From positions 27,134,354 through 27,198,353 of the forward strand of contig NC_068998.1 in assembly GCF_001194135.2 (NCBI RefSeq): DNA of 64,000 nt, given 5' to 3'. The notes below the pieces were generated by a model. The model ran no database searches, was not told where the DNA came from, and was given only the letters and a program-made list of their open reading frames with translations. The stretch comes from Octopus bimaculoides (Eukaryota). Positions 51,384-63,430 of this stretch are shown one piece after another. Each line of letters begins with the position of its first letter. The stretch's first letter is position 1. Position numbers and translations under genes: made by a program.

Positions 51384-51912
51384 GAATGAGAGAGAAGCGC
51401 ATGCCATCAGGGTAACATTGGGTATAAATATACGAAGCCCAATATACCCATCATGACTACCCATCTGATAAAGGTATGCCAGGCACATGCATCACAACCA
51501 TATGTGTGCGACATAGTGATCTCATATCAAGATAAACAATGCATGACCTTGCAGGTGAGGCCTAGTGAGAATTTTCTTCAGGTCGAGTAGCCCATTCTGC
51601 TCAAAAGGTCCCTGAATAAGGTTCGTTTTGAGGATGATGAACAAAACACCCATGTTTCATCCAAAGAATTCCTCTCAACACATGGCTATAATGCTTCCTT
51701 ACTACTTCTACTCATGATCAAAGATGCACATATCGTCAGCTCCTTAAGGTCATCTCAAACAGTTTAGGTCAAACAACTGATAAGCAAATCTGTGATATTG
51801 AGCAGAATATTTGCTGTAGTACATCTTATACACCAAGACAAAACATGTACATGATAACACTTCCAATGAGTTAAGATCAGAAGCCATGAGAACCACTAAC
51901 TAGTATTGCATA
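51384..51912 (-). mobile_element. About 530-bp probable non-autonomous retroelement ending in (AAT)n
   Basis: Non-coding, GC-richer than flanks, abuts the (ATT)n tract at 51345-51383; class uncertain. Confidence 0.45.
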
Positions 51913-52180
51913 AATAAGTACTAGTTGAACACTGGGGAGTGGTGGTCAATGTGGAGTTTTAGCAACTGTCAAGCCTTGAAATATTTACTTAGAACTCTTT
52001 AGATTATAAGTTCAGATCTCAACCTATTGTTATAGACTGCTCTTCATTCTAGGGTTACTTCACTGCAGCACAGGGAATTATGTATCAATAACAGTAACAT
52101 AAAGTGCCGATACAGACAGACAATTCTTCTTAAAACTAATTATTTCTTCATGGAATTCTATTTGAACCAATGACCCCAGT

Positions 52181-52400
52181 TTAACCCATTAGTACCCATT
52201 ACTTTATCAAATGTTATGCTCATTTATTTATATTGCTTTGAATTAATCATGCATTATCTTGTAACTTTCAGATTTCAATGATGTAATTGTTTATTCTTCA
52301 GAATGACAGTGTAGGGCAGGTGTGAGAGACCAGATCTGACCAGCTTGAGCATGTAGAATATTTGAGCCTGGTATGGCTGATTTAAATGCTAAAGGGTTAA
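52181..52400. mobile_element. piggyBac-like MITE, family also at 18678-18887, 49725-49940 and 49960-50125
   Basis: TTAA-CCC ... atgctaaaGGG-TTAA termini; shared internal aattaatcatgcattatct motif across copies. Confidence 0.8.
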
Positions 52401-52842
52401 AATCAATTGCTATGGAACTGATATCTCTAACAGAATTTTTAAGATAAAATAAATTTGCTTGCATAGTTTTTCAACTATTCATTGTACCTGATGTAGTTTC
52501 ACTATAAGTATATGAGTAAAATTTCTTATATAGACACAAGGTCAGAAATGCTATGAGAAGAAAGAGCTGATTAAACCAACCTCAGAACTTCACTGGGTTT
52601 TTTTTGGTCCAAAAGAATAAGAGGCAAAGTTGACTTCAATAAAATCTAAACTCAGCTCTTAAAGAGCTGGTATAGGTATCATTTTGTCTAACACTAATAT
52701 TTCTACCAATCTGCTATCCCTGCAAGCACATAAGTAGTAAAAGTTCATTACAAAAGACAAGAAAATCTAAAGCCTGAGTGTAGTGGTGACAAGAAGGAAG
52801 CTTCAACATTGTGTCTGAACCACTAGAAATAGCAGCCAAATC

Positions 52843-53087
52843 TCCCCATGGTAATACTCTACCATCTTAAAGAAAACAATAAAGAACATCATCATCATCA
52901 TCATCATCGTCGTTTAAACGTCCGCTTTCCATGCTAGCATGGGTTGGACAATTTGACTGAGGACTGGTGAAAGTCAAATCGTCCAACCCATGCTAGCATG
53001 GAAAGCGGACGTTTAAACGACGATGATGATGATGATGATGATGTTCTTTATTGTTTTCTTTAAGATGGTAGAGTATTACCATGGGGA
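52843..53087. repeat. Near-perfect inverted repeat: 116-bp arms (52843-52958 / 52972-53087), 13-nt spacer, 1 mismatch
   Basis: Base-by-base comparison of the arms. Confidence 0.97.
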
Positions 53088-53374
53088 TAATATATAATGT
53101 AGTTCTAACAATATGATGTATGGTAAAAAAAAGAAAAAGATGGAATCGTCATGACTGGAATGATTTTGATTATGATCAAGGTTGATCAGATTCGAGCCTG
53201 ATGCAGCCTTCTGGCTCTCCAGCCTTCAGTCAAACCGTCCAACCCATGCCAGCATGGAAAGCGGACGTTAAACGGTGATGATGATGTTGATCTGGGACTA
53301 AACAACTTTGGCATGACCTCACTTGTCATTAAAACTCTACAAAGATGAAAATAAACAAACTATTGCAACTTAAC

Positions 53375-53640
53375 CTTTATTTGAATCACGAGGGGTGGCG
53401 GCGACGGCGACGGTGGTGTGGTGTAGTGGAGGTGGAGATGGTGGTAGTGTGGTAGAGAAGGAAGTTAAAGCTATCAAAGCCACAATTTTGGTGTGGGGGG
53501 GAGAGGTCAGAGACGAAGAAGACAAAGGTGAATGAAGGAAATAACAAGTAATAATTAAGAACAAGGGGAACTTCAGCTTTAGTTTGACAATCCAGAAATG
53601 ACAGCCATTTAGTAGGGTTCACTAGGAGATTTGATCAGGA
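53375..53640 (-). other. Candidate 5' UTR / alternative first exon (pyrimidine-rich with CpG cluster, donor AAG|GTTAAG at 53374)
   Basis: CpG-rich patch ccgtcgccgtcgccgcc next to a plausible donor; 5' boundary undefined. Confidence 0.25.
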
Positions 53641-55718
53641 AACATACAGATATCACATAATCATCAAGAAAATGCGGTGGAATTAGGATTGCACAGAGGA
53701 GTGGGGGTACAGACTCCTGAGATGTAATGCAAACAGGAAAAAACATGGAAACAAAAGGGGGAAGGCAGTGGTGGGGGGAGTACCTCCCCCTCTACACACA
53801 CACACCTTCCAAGCACACATACATATATGTGTCTATATATAATCCACTTATATTGAATAATAGTCAATACTGAAATGATACCAATAGCAATGAATAGAGG
53901 TGAGAAAAGGTGGGGATAGGAACTGTAAGAGCTGACCAGAGGAGATTGGAACTGGGTGAATTTACTGGGTTGAGAAGGGAGGGAGAGAAAACACTAATAG
54001 TAAAAAGAAAGGGGATGAAAATACACACATTAACAGCAGCAACCAAACTAATGGGATAAAGCATATCACATACACACAAACACACACACACACATCAGCT
54101 GGTATCAGTTTTTCTTTCTTTCAGCTACCACTCCTTTACTTTGTTCAACATTTCCTCTTCCCACAAACCCCTGCTCCCCTACAACACACACACACACACA
54201 CTGTCCTCCTATCCAAGCCTTAGAATTATTGAAAGGTGGGGAGGAGAAAGGAAGTAGAAGAGAGTAATAAAGAAGATGGAAGTAGGAGAAAGAAGGGAAG
54301 AGAGAGAAAGAGAGTGGTTTCCAATGAGTTCCATTCATGATTCACATTGAATCATTCCATCCCAGTGTAATCCCTATTTTCTTTTCCAGCTGGGCAGGCT
54401 GTTTCATCTGCTCTCCTTTATTATAGCATCAGTCTTACTGTGTGATGTATGCCAGTTCCAACCTCCAGCAGACACTTCTCTCTATACATGATTCTCTCAT
54501 CCCTCACTTCCCATCTCTCTCTCTCTCATCCCTCACTTACTATCTCTCTCTCTCTCTCCTTCATGCACACACATACAGCCTCCAACAATCTTAATACATG
54601 GAAAATTAGGATCATTTACTGTGCTGAGTTTCAACACTGCAATCCTGCACTGATTTACTGCACAGTTTTTGTCATTCAGACGTTAGGCACAAATGAAACA
54701 GAGACAGTAAAACTGAAGTAGCCAACTAGGAAAATTATTACACCGCCTGCCCATGAATCACAAGTTCAAACCCATGGCAAGTGCTTTTCTGTGTTCCTAG
54801 GGCAGAACACTTAATTCAAATTTGCATTACTTAACCATCAAGCAAATCACCTTGAAAATTTATTTTCAAATATTTATTTATTGATGCAGGCATGGCTGTA
54901 TGGTAAGAAGTTTGCTTCTCAACCAGGTTTCTGGGTTGAAATACACTGCATGGCAACTGGAGCTAGTGTCTTCTACTATAGTCTCGGACCAACAAAAGCC
55001 TTGTGAATGGATTTGGTAGACAGAAAATGAAAGAAGTGTATGTGTGTGACAACCATTTGACTACCAGTGTTGGTATGTTTTTATCCTGGTAACTTAGCAG
55101 TTTGGCAAACGGAGATGATAGAATAAGTAACCAGGCTTAAAAAACTAAGCCCCAGCATGGCCACAGTCAAATGACTGAAACAAGTAAAAGATAAAAGATT
55201 CTTATTTTGAAATTTAATTCAAACACTTATGGAGAGATATATTCTTGTTAAAAATATGAATGCTTATAGATCTTTAAGAATTTGATTGGGTTTCTCAAAT
55301 ATTATGATTTTTCATTAAGCAGGCTTGTTACTGGTTAGTAATTGTTGTCACCCCTCTCAAATTCTGTTTCTGTACATGTCCTGCAACTGTTCAAAAGGAA
55401 AATTAACTGATCTCAGGGGGTCTGTAAAAGCCATAGCCACAGTCCCTCTTCCCTGAAAAAATAAGAAAAAAGTTGACATTTGCTGGAAAACTGTGGGATG
55501 AGTGGAAACTCCAGAGGGTTTGAGAGTAAGGATAGGGAATTAAACTGTAGGGGCAATGAGAGTAGGAGAGACAGGTGTGTTGGATAAAGGTAACATGTAA
55601 CCAGCTAGTTCAGGGGAGCATAAGCAAATGTAGTCATGATAGAAAAGACAGAGAAATGTGGTAATATGCTTGTGGGTCTGGGATTGTAATATGAGCTATG
55701 TAAAGTCTTAATGTAAAT

Positions 55719-56072
55719 CAGGGGTTCTCAACCATTTTTCATCTATGGACCTCTTTGATTACTATTTCATTCTGGTGGACCCCCAATAGCCATTCAATGT
55801 TTAAAAACTAGTTTCATTGAGAGTTCTTTCAAATTTCCTGTTTTGTTTTTCACTCATTAACTTGTATAGGTTGAACTATATAAAATGTTAGAGATAGAAA
55901 TTTCTTGCAATACATACCAATACATACATCTAAAGCAAACTTTTTTCAGAGGCCCTTAAAATACTATTATGGATCCCCAATTTACTATTCTGTTGCATGA
56001 ACCCCCACCCCCACCCACTCCAAAATTATATGGACCCTCAGGGGCCATATGGACGCTGGTTGAGAACCCTTG
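55719..56072. mobile_element. hAT MITE
   Basis: TIR caggggttctcaacc / ggttgagaacccttg; TSD atgtaaat / atataaat. Confidence 0.85.
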
Positions 56073-57623
56073 ATATAAATGGTTTCAGTTTCGTTAACAT
56101 AAAGCATACGCAAAACAAATCTTCTGGATGCTAGTCTATTACATGTATCATGGGCACAGGTGTGGTTATTTGGTTAAGAAGGTCACGGCATATATTTTAC
56201 CTTTTATTTTACTTGTTTTAGTCATTTCATAGTGGCCATGCTGGGGCACTACCTCGAAGGGTGTAGTTAACAAAATTGCCCCCAGTATTTACTTTTTTAA
56301 AGTCTGGTACTTATTCTATCAGTCTGTTTTGTCAAACCACTAAATTATGGGGACGTAAACTAACACCAGTTGTCAAGTGGGGGAGGGGGGACAAACACAC
56401 CATAACACACATATATACATATATATACAATGAGCTTCCTTAAAGTTTCCATGTACCAGATTCACTTACAAGACATTAGTTGGTCTGGGGCTTTAACAGA
56501 AGGCACTTATTTAAAGGGCTGCACAGTGGGACTGAACCTGAAACCTTGTGGTTGCAAAGCAAGTTTCTTAACCACAGACCCATGCCTGTGCCAACTACAT
56601 AATTTCCTGTTCAATCCTACTGTCACACTGCATGGCATCTTGGGTAGATGGCTTCTTCAACATCCTTAGGTCAGCTACAGCCTTGTTAGTGAAGTTTAGT
56701 GGATGGAAACTATATAGAAGTCCATCAGGAGTGTTCCTGCTCTTGGGTGGCAAATTTAACCCCTCATCCACTTGAACATCAACACATGGCCCTTGGGTTC
56801 TATAAGCAGAATTCATGTGCAATTTGAAGGGTGATTGTATATCAAAACACAACTTCAATAAAGATTACTAAATCTTAAAAGGTGTTACTCTCCTACCCCC
56901 AGATTACTGAAAGGCCACTTGACCCTAGCAGAATCTGAACTTGGAACGTAAAGGAATATAACCAAATACCATAAGATATGTTGTCCTGTGCTTTACCAAT
57001 CCTCCTACCACTGCAAATAATTAATATTATAAAACACCAAGTCATATATAAAGTCATTCTTGGGGTGAACAAGTGAAATTCACATCCAAACTTTTTTTCA
57101 ATAACAGAAATTTTGATTTTGCCCAAAAACAGAATTTCAAAATTTCAATTTACTCCCAACCAATGTTTTTGTTTTTAACTTTTTCAAGATTTTTTTTTTT
57201 TTTTTTNNNNNNNNNNNNNNNNNNNNNNNNNNNNNNNNNNNNNNNNNAAAAAAATTTGTTTAATTACGTTTTATTCCCACCCTCCTGGCTTTCACATCCA
57301 TGTGACACAGCCATCCAGATGTTTTTAAACATGTCTGTTCATTTGTGCCATGTATTGATACCCATTGAACCAGCACACACCATTGAGGAGACCTGAATAT
57401 AATTGCTTAACACATTAGAAATAACAACCAAATCTCCTTCAAACATCACACACCCACTTTTCTTTTGATATTTTAAAATAATTTCTTCAGGTTTTCAACA
57501 GAGATTTCAATTTTCAATTTTATCAAAACAATTTCACTCCTACTCCAGCACCATCTCTTTTGTTTTTGATGTTTTTCAAAAGTTAAGGGGGAATTCCATG
57601 TTGAAAAATACACTGATTACAGC

Positions 57624-57779
57624 TAAACCCTAACCCTAAACCTGAATTCTAATCTTAACCTCTCACATTAACCTTAAACCCTAATCCTAAATTTTAACCC
57701 TAAAATCTAATCCTAAACCATAAACCCTAATAGTCAATCCTAAAGCTTAAGTGTAACCCTAACTGTTTAAAGTTTAGGG
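57624..57779 (+). repeat. Degenerate telomere-like (TAACCC/TAAACCC/TAATCC)n tract
   Basis: ctaaaccctaaccctaaacc...taaaccctaatcctaaattttaaccctaaaatctaatcctaaaccataaaccctaa. Confidence 0.75.
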
Positions 57780-58135
57780 CCACAGACTATCCAATGTTTG
57801 TTTTCATTTTATAAGATGTAAAAGGTGTGTGTGGTTTGAAGAAGGGGGAGGCTACTAGCTGATATTTCTAGCATGTCAAGCATACACACTGAGGCCTCCT
57901 TCATGTTGTCATTCAAAATTCACTTACACAAGAGCAAATGAACAAACAAATTTCATAACTTCTGGAGTGTTGGGGTGGGGTAGTAGAGGAAATCACTGGG
58001 AAGGTATTTTTCAGGCAGAATTATGAAAAAAAAAAAGAAAAGAAAATGAAAAGGGGTGAGATGCTTATTCAACACATCTACCCTTTTTGTTTGTTGGTCC
58101 TGATTTCCATCATGAAAATAGGAATGACTGTCAGT

Positions 58136-58560
58136 CATCATCATAATAATAATAATCATTTAGCATCCGTTCTCCATGCTGGCATGGGTCAGACGGCTTG
58201 ACAAGAGCTGGCCAGGCTTCATTAGTCTGTTTTGGCCTGGTTTCTATGACTGGATGCCAACCATCTTACAGAGTGTACTAGATGCTTTTACATGGCACTG
58301 GCACAGATGCTAAAAGCACCAGTACCCACACGCCTGCAACACTAGGGGTCTCTCAGGTGCAAGTGAGTTGCAGAGGATGTGCAACTACAATTCATGGACA
58401 ACTACAGTTTTACTTAGTTTAATATGTCTTCTCATGCACAGCAAACCACTAGAAGTCTCAGTCCCTTGTCATCTCCTCACTGAGGCCCAACGTCTGAGGA
58501 TCCTTTCTCATCACTTCCCTCCACAATTAAAGATCGGCACTTCTTGATGCAGCTGTCTTC
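58136..58560 (-). mobile_element. RTE LINE 3' end / RTE-tailed SINE
   Basis: Shares the gtccaacccatgccagcatgg..(gat)n tail of SINE family C and extends into RTE C-terminal sequence. Confidence 0.6.
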
Positions 58561-59199
58561 AAGGTATCATATTAAGCAGCAGAAGGTAGGTTGAAGGAAA
58601 TGGTACACTGGGTGGGTGTAGATATAAAGGAAAATATTAGCAATCAATCAGTGCTTTCAGCACCAAATTTATACTTTTCAAAACAACACTAAACAAATAA
58701 CACAAAGTAATAAGAAATTCTAAGGTGAGTTAAACAGCATCCCCCACCCCACCACACTCCTCGTGCAAGTGTTTTGGCCCTTAACTCCTTACACTAAGGG
58801 AGCAAAGCTACATCCCAATCATATTTCTTTGAGATCCCTCTGCTGTCACACTCTGTGCTACTGTCTGCACTGCGATACTCCTAGTTTTGCACCCCAGAGC
58901 CAAGGTACCTGGGGTGTTGTAATCAGTTCAGCCTGAAATACTAGATGAATATAGGGTAAATTATACCTTCTGAAATTCAACAAGGTATTTTAATTCAAAA
59001 GCGCCAGTTAATCTGTTTCCTTACCAGTGTGTATATCTTTCGATGATATACATCACAAAGAAGGAAAGGCCTATTTTACATGTAGTTTCTTAAGGTTTTA
59101 CTATTTATTATTTTATATTTATTTCTCTGCAGTGAAATTCTTAAATGAATTATTGTAAATGCCACCATTTTAATGTTAGCAATGAGGGAGCCTCTACAT

Positions 59200-59446
59200 C
59201 AGTAGTTTTCAACCAGGGTCCATATGGACCTTTAAAGTTCCTATAAAATTTTGTTAAAATTTATGTGTTGTAAACTGGTTATATTTCTACAATACACAAA
59301 CAATTTAAGCATTTTTCACACAATTCTTAATGATATTTAATCATAAATATAATAGTTTTTATACATTGAGTGGCTTTGAGAGACTCACCCTTGAGTAAAA
59401 TAGAAATCAAAGGGGTCCATTGGCAAAAAATGATTGTGAACCTCTG
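59200..59446. mobile_element. hAT MITE
   Basis: Degenerate TIRs cagtagttttcaacc / gattgtgaacctctg; TSD ctctacat / ttctacat. Confidence 0.8.
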
Positions 59447-61936
59447 TTCTACATAATCAGTCAACTTGCAAGAAATAACAATGTATTTCAACTCATATCA
59501 CCATCTACCACCCATCAGACAAGGTGGTCCTAGATTTTTCTCCTAAAAAGACAGTATGGTCATGGTTGAAATGCCTTTGATCATGGGATTATTTGATCAT
59601 GACTAAACTGGGGCAAAACAACAACCAACAAAAAAACCTCTATATGGTCACTCAACCTTTTAGAAACATCAGCTAACTCTACCTTAAATCACGCATTACT
59701 GTCTTAAAAGGACATGTATGAAGACATTTCATAAATGTTGTAAGAAGGAAAAGAAAAAACAGATGATCATGAATGGAATATTTTTGATCATTGCTCTGCC
59801 CAACTGGTATTAACATGTAGCTTACACATCAACAAGTTAGATTCTGGCAACAGGCCGACAACAATGAGCTGTCAAACAAGGCATTTTACTTACTCATACC
59901 AAGGTCATCCAAACTAGATATTAAGCTTTAGTTCATCACAAGAGTTGACCAACTAATGCTACAAGTCAGGCAAGTGATGATGTACTGAATGACCTACTCA
60001 GCAAGATTCTCAATGTACTGGAAGAGAGCAAAAACTTAACAGGTAAATTTCACTTAATTCTGCAATTTTGACAAATATCATTCAGTACATCACCATCTAC
60101 CATACTTTAAGTCATGCTATTGGCTAAGTTGAGTTATTTCCTTTAGCTCACTCTTGTATTTTTGTGGGGTGGAGGAGAAGAAGCAGGAGTAATTTTTTCA
60201 TACTACATCCTCATCACCATTTAATGCCTGTTTTCTATGCTGGCATGAGTTGGATGGTTTAACAGGATCCACCAAGCAGCAGGGTTACATCAAGCTCCAA
60301 TGTCAGATTAACGCATGGTTTCTATAGTTGGATGCCCTTCCTAATGCCAACCACTTTGCCACCTGCACTAGTGAGGTTACCAAGAGGAAAATTGTCTATT
60401 GTCATATATTCAACAAGTAAAAGATAAGTCATAAGAAAGTTGATGACACAATTCATATTGAATCAGAGAAAAAAAACATTTAATGATTTCCACTAAATAA
60501 TATTTTCTTATAAAGACTTATGCACTAGCCATTTTACTATTGTATCACATTTTTATCCTTGTTATTTTTTAATGTTAATAAAAGTTGCAATAGAAGTATG
60601 CAGTGGATATGGTTATGAAGAGAGTTGAGATTCTCTATGACACAGCCAGTCTCAAATCCAGTTTTAGTTTTGTACACATCCCTAATACATTGCTGGTGTT
60701 TATTTCAACACAGAACAATAAATTACTAAACAGCTGCACCACCATGTGGTAAGAAGTTTGCTTCCCAACCACATGGTTCTGGATTCAATCCCACTGCATT
60801 GGGAAAGTGTCTTCTACTATAGCCTTGGGCCAACCAAAGCCTTGTGAGTGGATTTGTAAAGAGAAACTGAAAAATACTCATCGTACATGTGTGTGTTTGT
60901 GTCTGTTTGTCCACCCACCCACTGCTTGACAACTGGTGTTGGTATGTTAACATCTCCATAACTTTGTGGTTCAGCAAAAGAGGCTGATAGGATAAGTACC
61001 AGTACTTTAGAAAATACATACTGGTGCTGATTCATTTAACTAAAATTCTTCAAGGCAATGCCCCAGCATGGCTGCAGTCTAAGGACTGAAACAAGTAAAA
61101 GATAAAAAAGATTTTCCACCATAATAATCAAAGTTCACTATTGTTGTTTAGCCACCACCTACCCTGTCAGCCCTGGTTCAGTTTGACAATCCCATCCTTT
61201 TTTAGGTGCAACTACTGCTGAATTATCTATTATGTTAAGATAGCAAGGAAGTGAATTTGAGGGAATTAGGATGCTACTTCCAGCAAAGCAAACAGCCACA
61301 CTATGGTTACTTAGTTGTTTCTGCATGCTGAGAGTGGATAAATGCCCTTAGATTCAGCTACTGACATAAGGAGAGAGAGATCAGCAAGGCATGTCAGATA
61401 GAACATATCAACAGCACAAAGCTTTTCCTTCCTTTTTTTTTATTTTCAAGGCAGCGAACTGGCAGAATCGTTACTATGCTGGGTAAAATGCTTCGTGGTA
61501 TTTCACCTGTCTTTACATTCTGAGTTCAAATTCCGCTGAGGTCAACTTTGCCTTTCATCCTTTGGAGGCAGAAGGTGATAAAATAAGTACCAGTTGAACA
61601 CTGGGGTCAATGTAATTGACTTACCCCATCCCTTGAACTTGCTGGTCCTGGGCCAAAATTTGAAACCAATAACAAAGTTTCAATATGACTCCCTCCCCTT
61701 CCTTTACACAAACGCACACACACATCATAATGTAAAATATACACCATGAGTGCAAATATTATCTGATGGCACATAACCATTTTGTTCAATATAATACAGT
61801 GAATCCACAAAAATAAAGACAACCAACATATTTGCTTACCAAAAAGTTACCAAAGAAGGTGACGTTAGCAACAAGATAGTTATATCACACCTAGTACGCA
61901 CATATCCAAATCTCACAAACTAAGTAGCAAAAAAGG

Positions 61937-62231
61937 TTAGTGAGATTTGTGAAACTGACGTTTAACCTTTAAGACATCATCAATATTTACTTTGGAATTG
62001 CTGCATCTAACCAAGAGAATTGCTTTCAAACGATCGTCAGTCAACTTCATTCGATGTGCTGACTTCATATACTTCATTATTGAAAATGTTTGCTCACAGA
62101 CATAAGTTGTTCCAAACACTGATGCCATACCAGAGGCAAATGAATTCTCATTGCAGGTACTTACGCAAAAGGTACAGTGCGGTGGCGTGCTGAATGAATT
62201 GATCTCATGGGTCAGAGTTTGGTGACCCCTG
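61937..62231 (-). mobile_element. hAT (Buster/Charlie-type) deletion derivative: left TIR CAGGGGTCACCAAAC plus C-terminal hATC dimerisation region
   Basis: ORF 62128-61937 ASVFGTTYVCEQTFSIMKYMKSAHRMKLTDDRLKAIL...KRQFHKSH*; TIR flanked by TA-centred 8-mer acctagag. Confidence 0.8.
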
Positions 62232-63262
62232 ACCTAGAGAAATAAGGAAACAGCAGTCTACTCTTGAGTTTCATTTGTCCCTCAGTTTCTATGGCTGGAA
62301 ACCCTTCCTACTTCCAACCCCTTTACAGAGTTTACCGGTTTCTTTTTTCNNNNNNNNNNTTTACCGGTTTCTTTTTTCATGATACCATTACTAGGGAGAT
62401 GTCATATCCTCAACAAAGAATCCTCTCAAAGTGTACTTGGTGCTTTTTTTTTTTTTTGTTTTTGGTATCAATACTTTAGAGGTGTATCCACAACAAGACT
62501 AAAGGGGCCTCTTGACTCCATGTCTGCTCACTCACCAACCTCTTTACAATGTGCAAGGTACAAAGGATAAGATAGATAGAGACATGAATATTGCTAAGTT
62601 ATAAGAGAGAGAAATGATAACGACACTCAACATTTTGAGATAAGTATGTGCAATTGAGGCAATGTGAGCAAAAGAATAGAACATTAACAATGTGACCCAG
62701 GCGATAGAGGGAGGACAGAGGGAGTGCCAGAAGGTATGGGTGAAAAGGAGCAAAAGTGTAATGCAGAATGAACAAAGAGATGGCTGGCAGGACAAGAGGG
62801 GAGAATAAGAGTGAGAGTACAGTGCACCAGGTGCAATAGATCCAGTGTGGTGAGGTTTCTTAGGGACAAGGATGACAAATGGTGAGGACATTGGAAGGGG
62901 AATAGGAAATAAGTGGGAATCATACCAATGAAGGGATAAGAGCGACAAGGAAATGAGTAGAGGAGAAATGAGAGTATACTGAACAGGGGAAATCAAGTGA
63001 TGAGGATGGATAAGGATGTCAGAAAAGTGGGAGACAGCAGAGATGCAGATGAGTCAGTGATAGTAGAACAACAGAGGGGTGAGCAATAGAGATAAGGGTC
63101 ACAGGAAAGTGGAAGACATCAGGATGAGGTGACAAAGTATAAGAGAACCAGCAATAATAACCAACTAGCTGACATATATATATATATATTTTTTCTCTAA
63201 ACGGATGGCGATATTTATGGCACACATAGAACAAAAAACCGAAGGGAAAAGCAAAAACAAAC

Positions 63263-63345
63263 CTGCCTTTAGTTAATTGGATACGACGTTTCACGGTTAA
63301 GAGTATGAAATTACTCTATTCCGACTCTTCAGCCCAATATTCTGA
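63263..63345 (-). promoter_or_regulatory. Candidate first exon / promoter region (donor CAG|GTTTGT at 63262)
   Basis: Local CpG retention (acgacgtttcacgg, ccga), CCAAT motifs on both strands, pyrimidine-rich sequence after the donor. Confidence 0.2.
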
Positions 63346-63392
63346 TAAATTTGAATATATATATACATATATATACATAAGCATCCATGCAT

Positions 63393-63430
<38 letters not shown>

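Noticed and set aside
51840-51900. Weak resemblance of the 51.4-51.9 kb element head to 5S rRNA (gatct..ctgat..ggaag)
   Set aside because: Too short and gapped to support by eye; needs an Infernal search.
61889-61911. Possible right TIR/TSD of the hAT remnant (acctagta + cgcacatatccaaat)
   Set aside because: Only 7/15 TIR identity; the 6/8 TSD match could be chance.
62330-62380. Direct repeat tttaccggtttcttttttc on both sides of a gap
   Set aside because: Typical unmerged contig overlap (assembly artefact).
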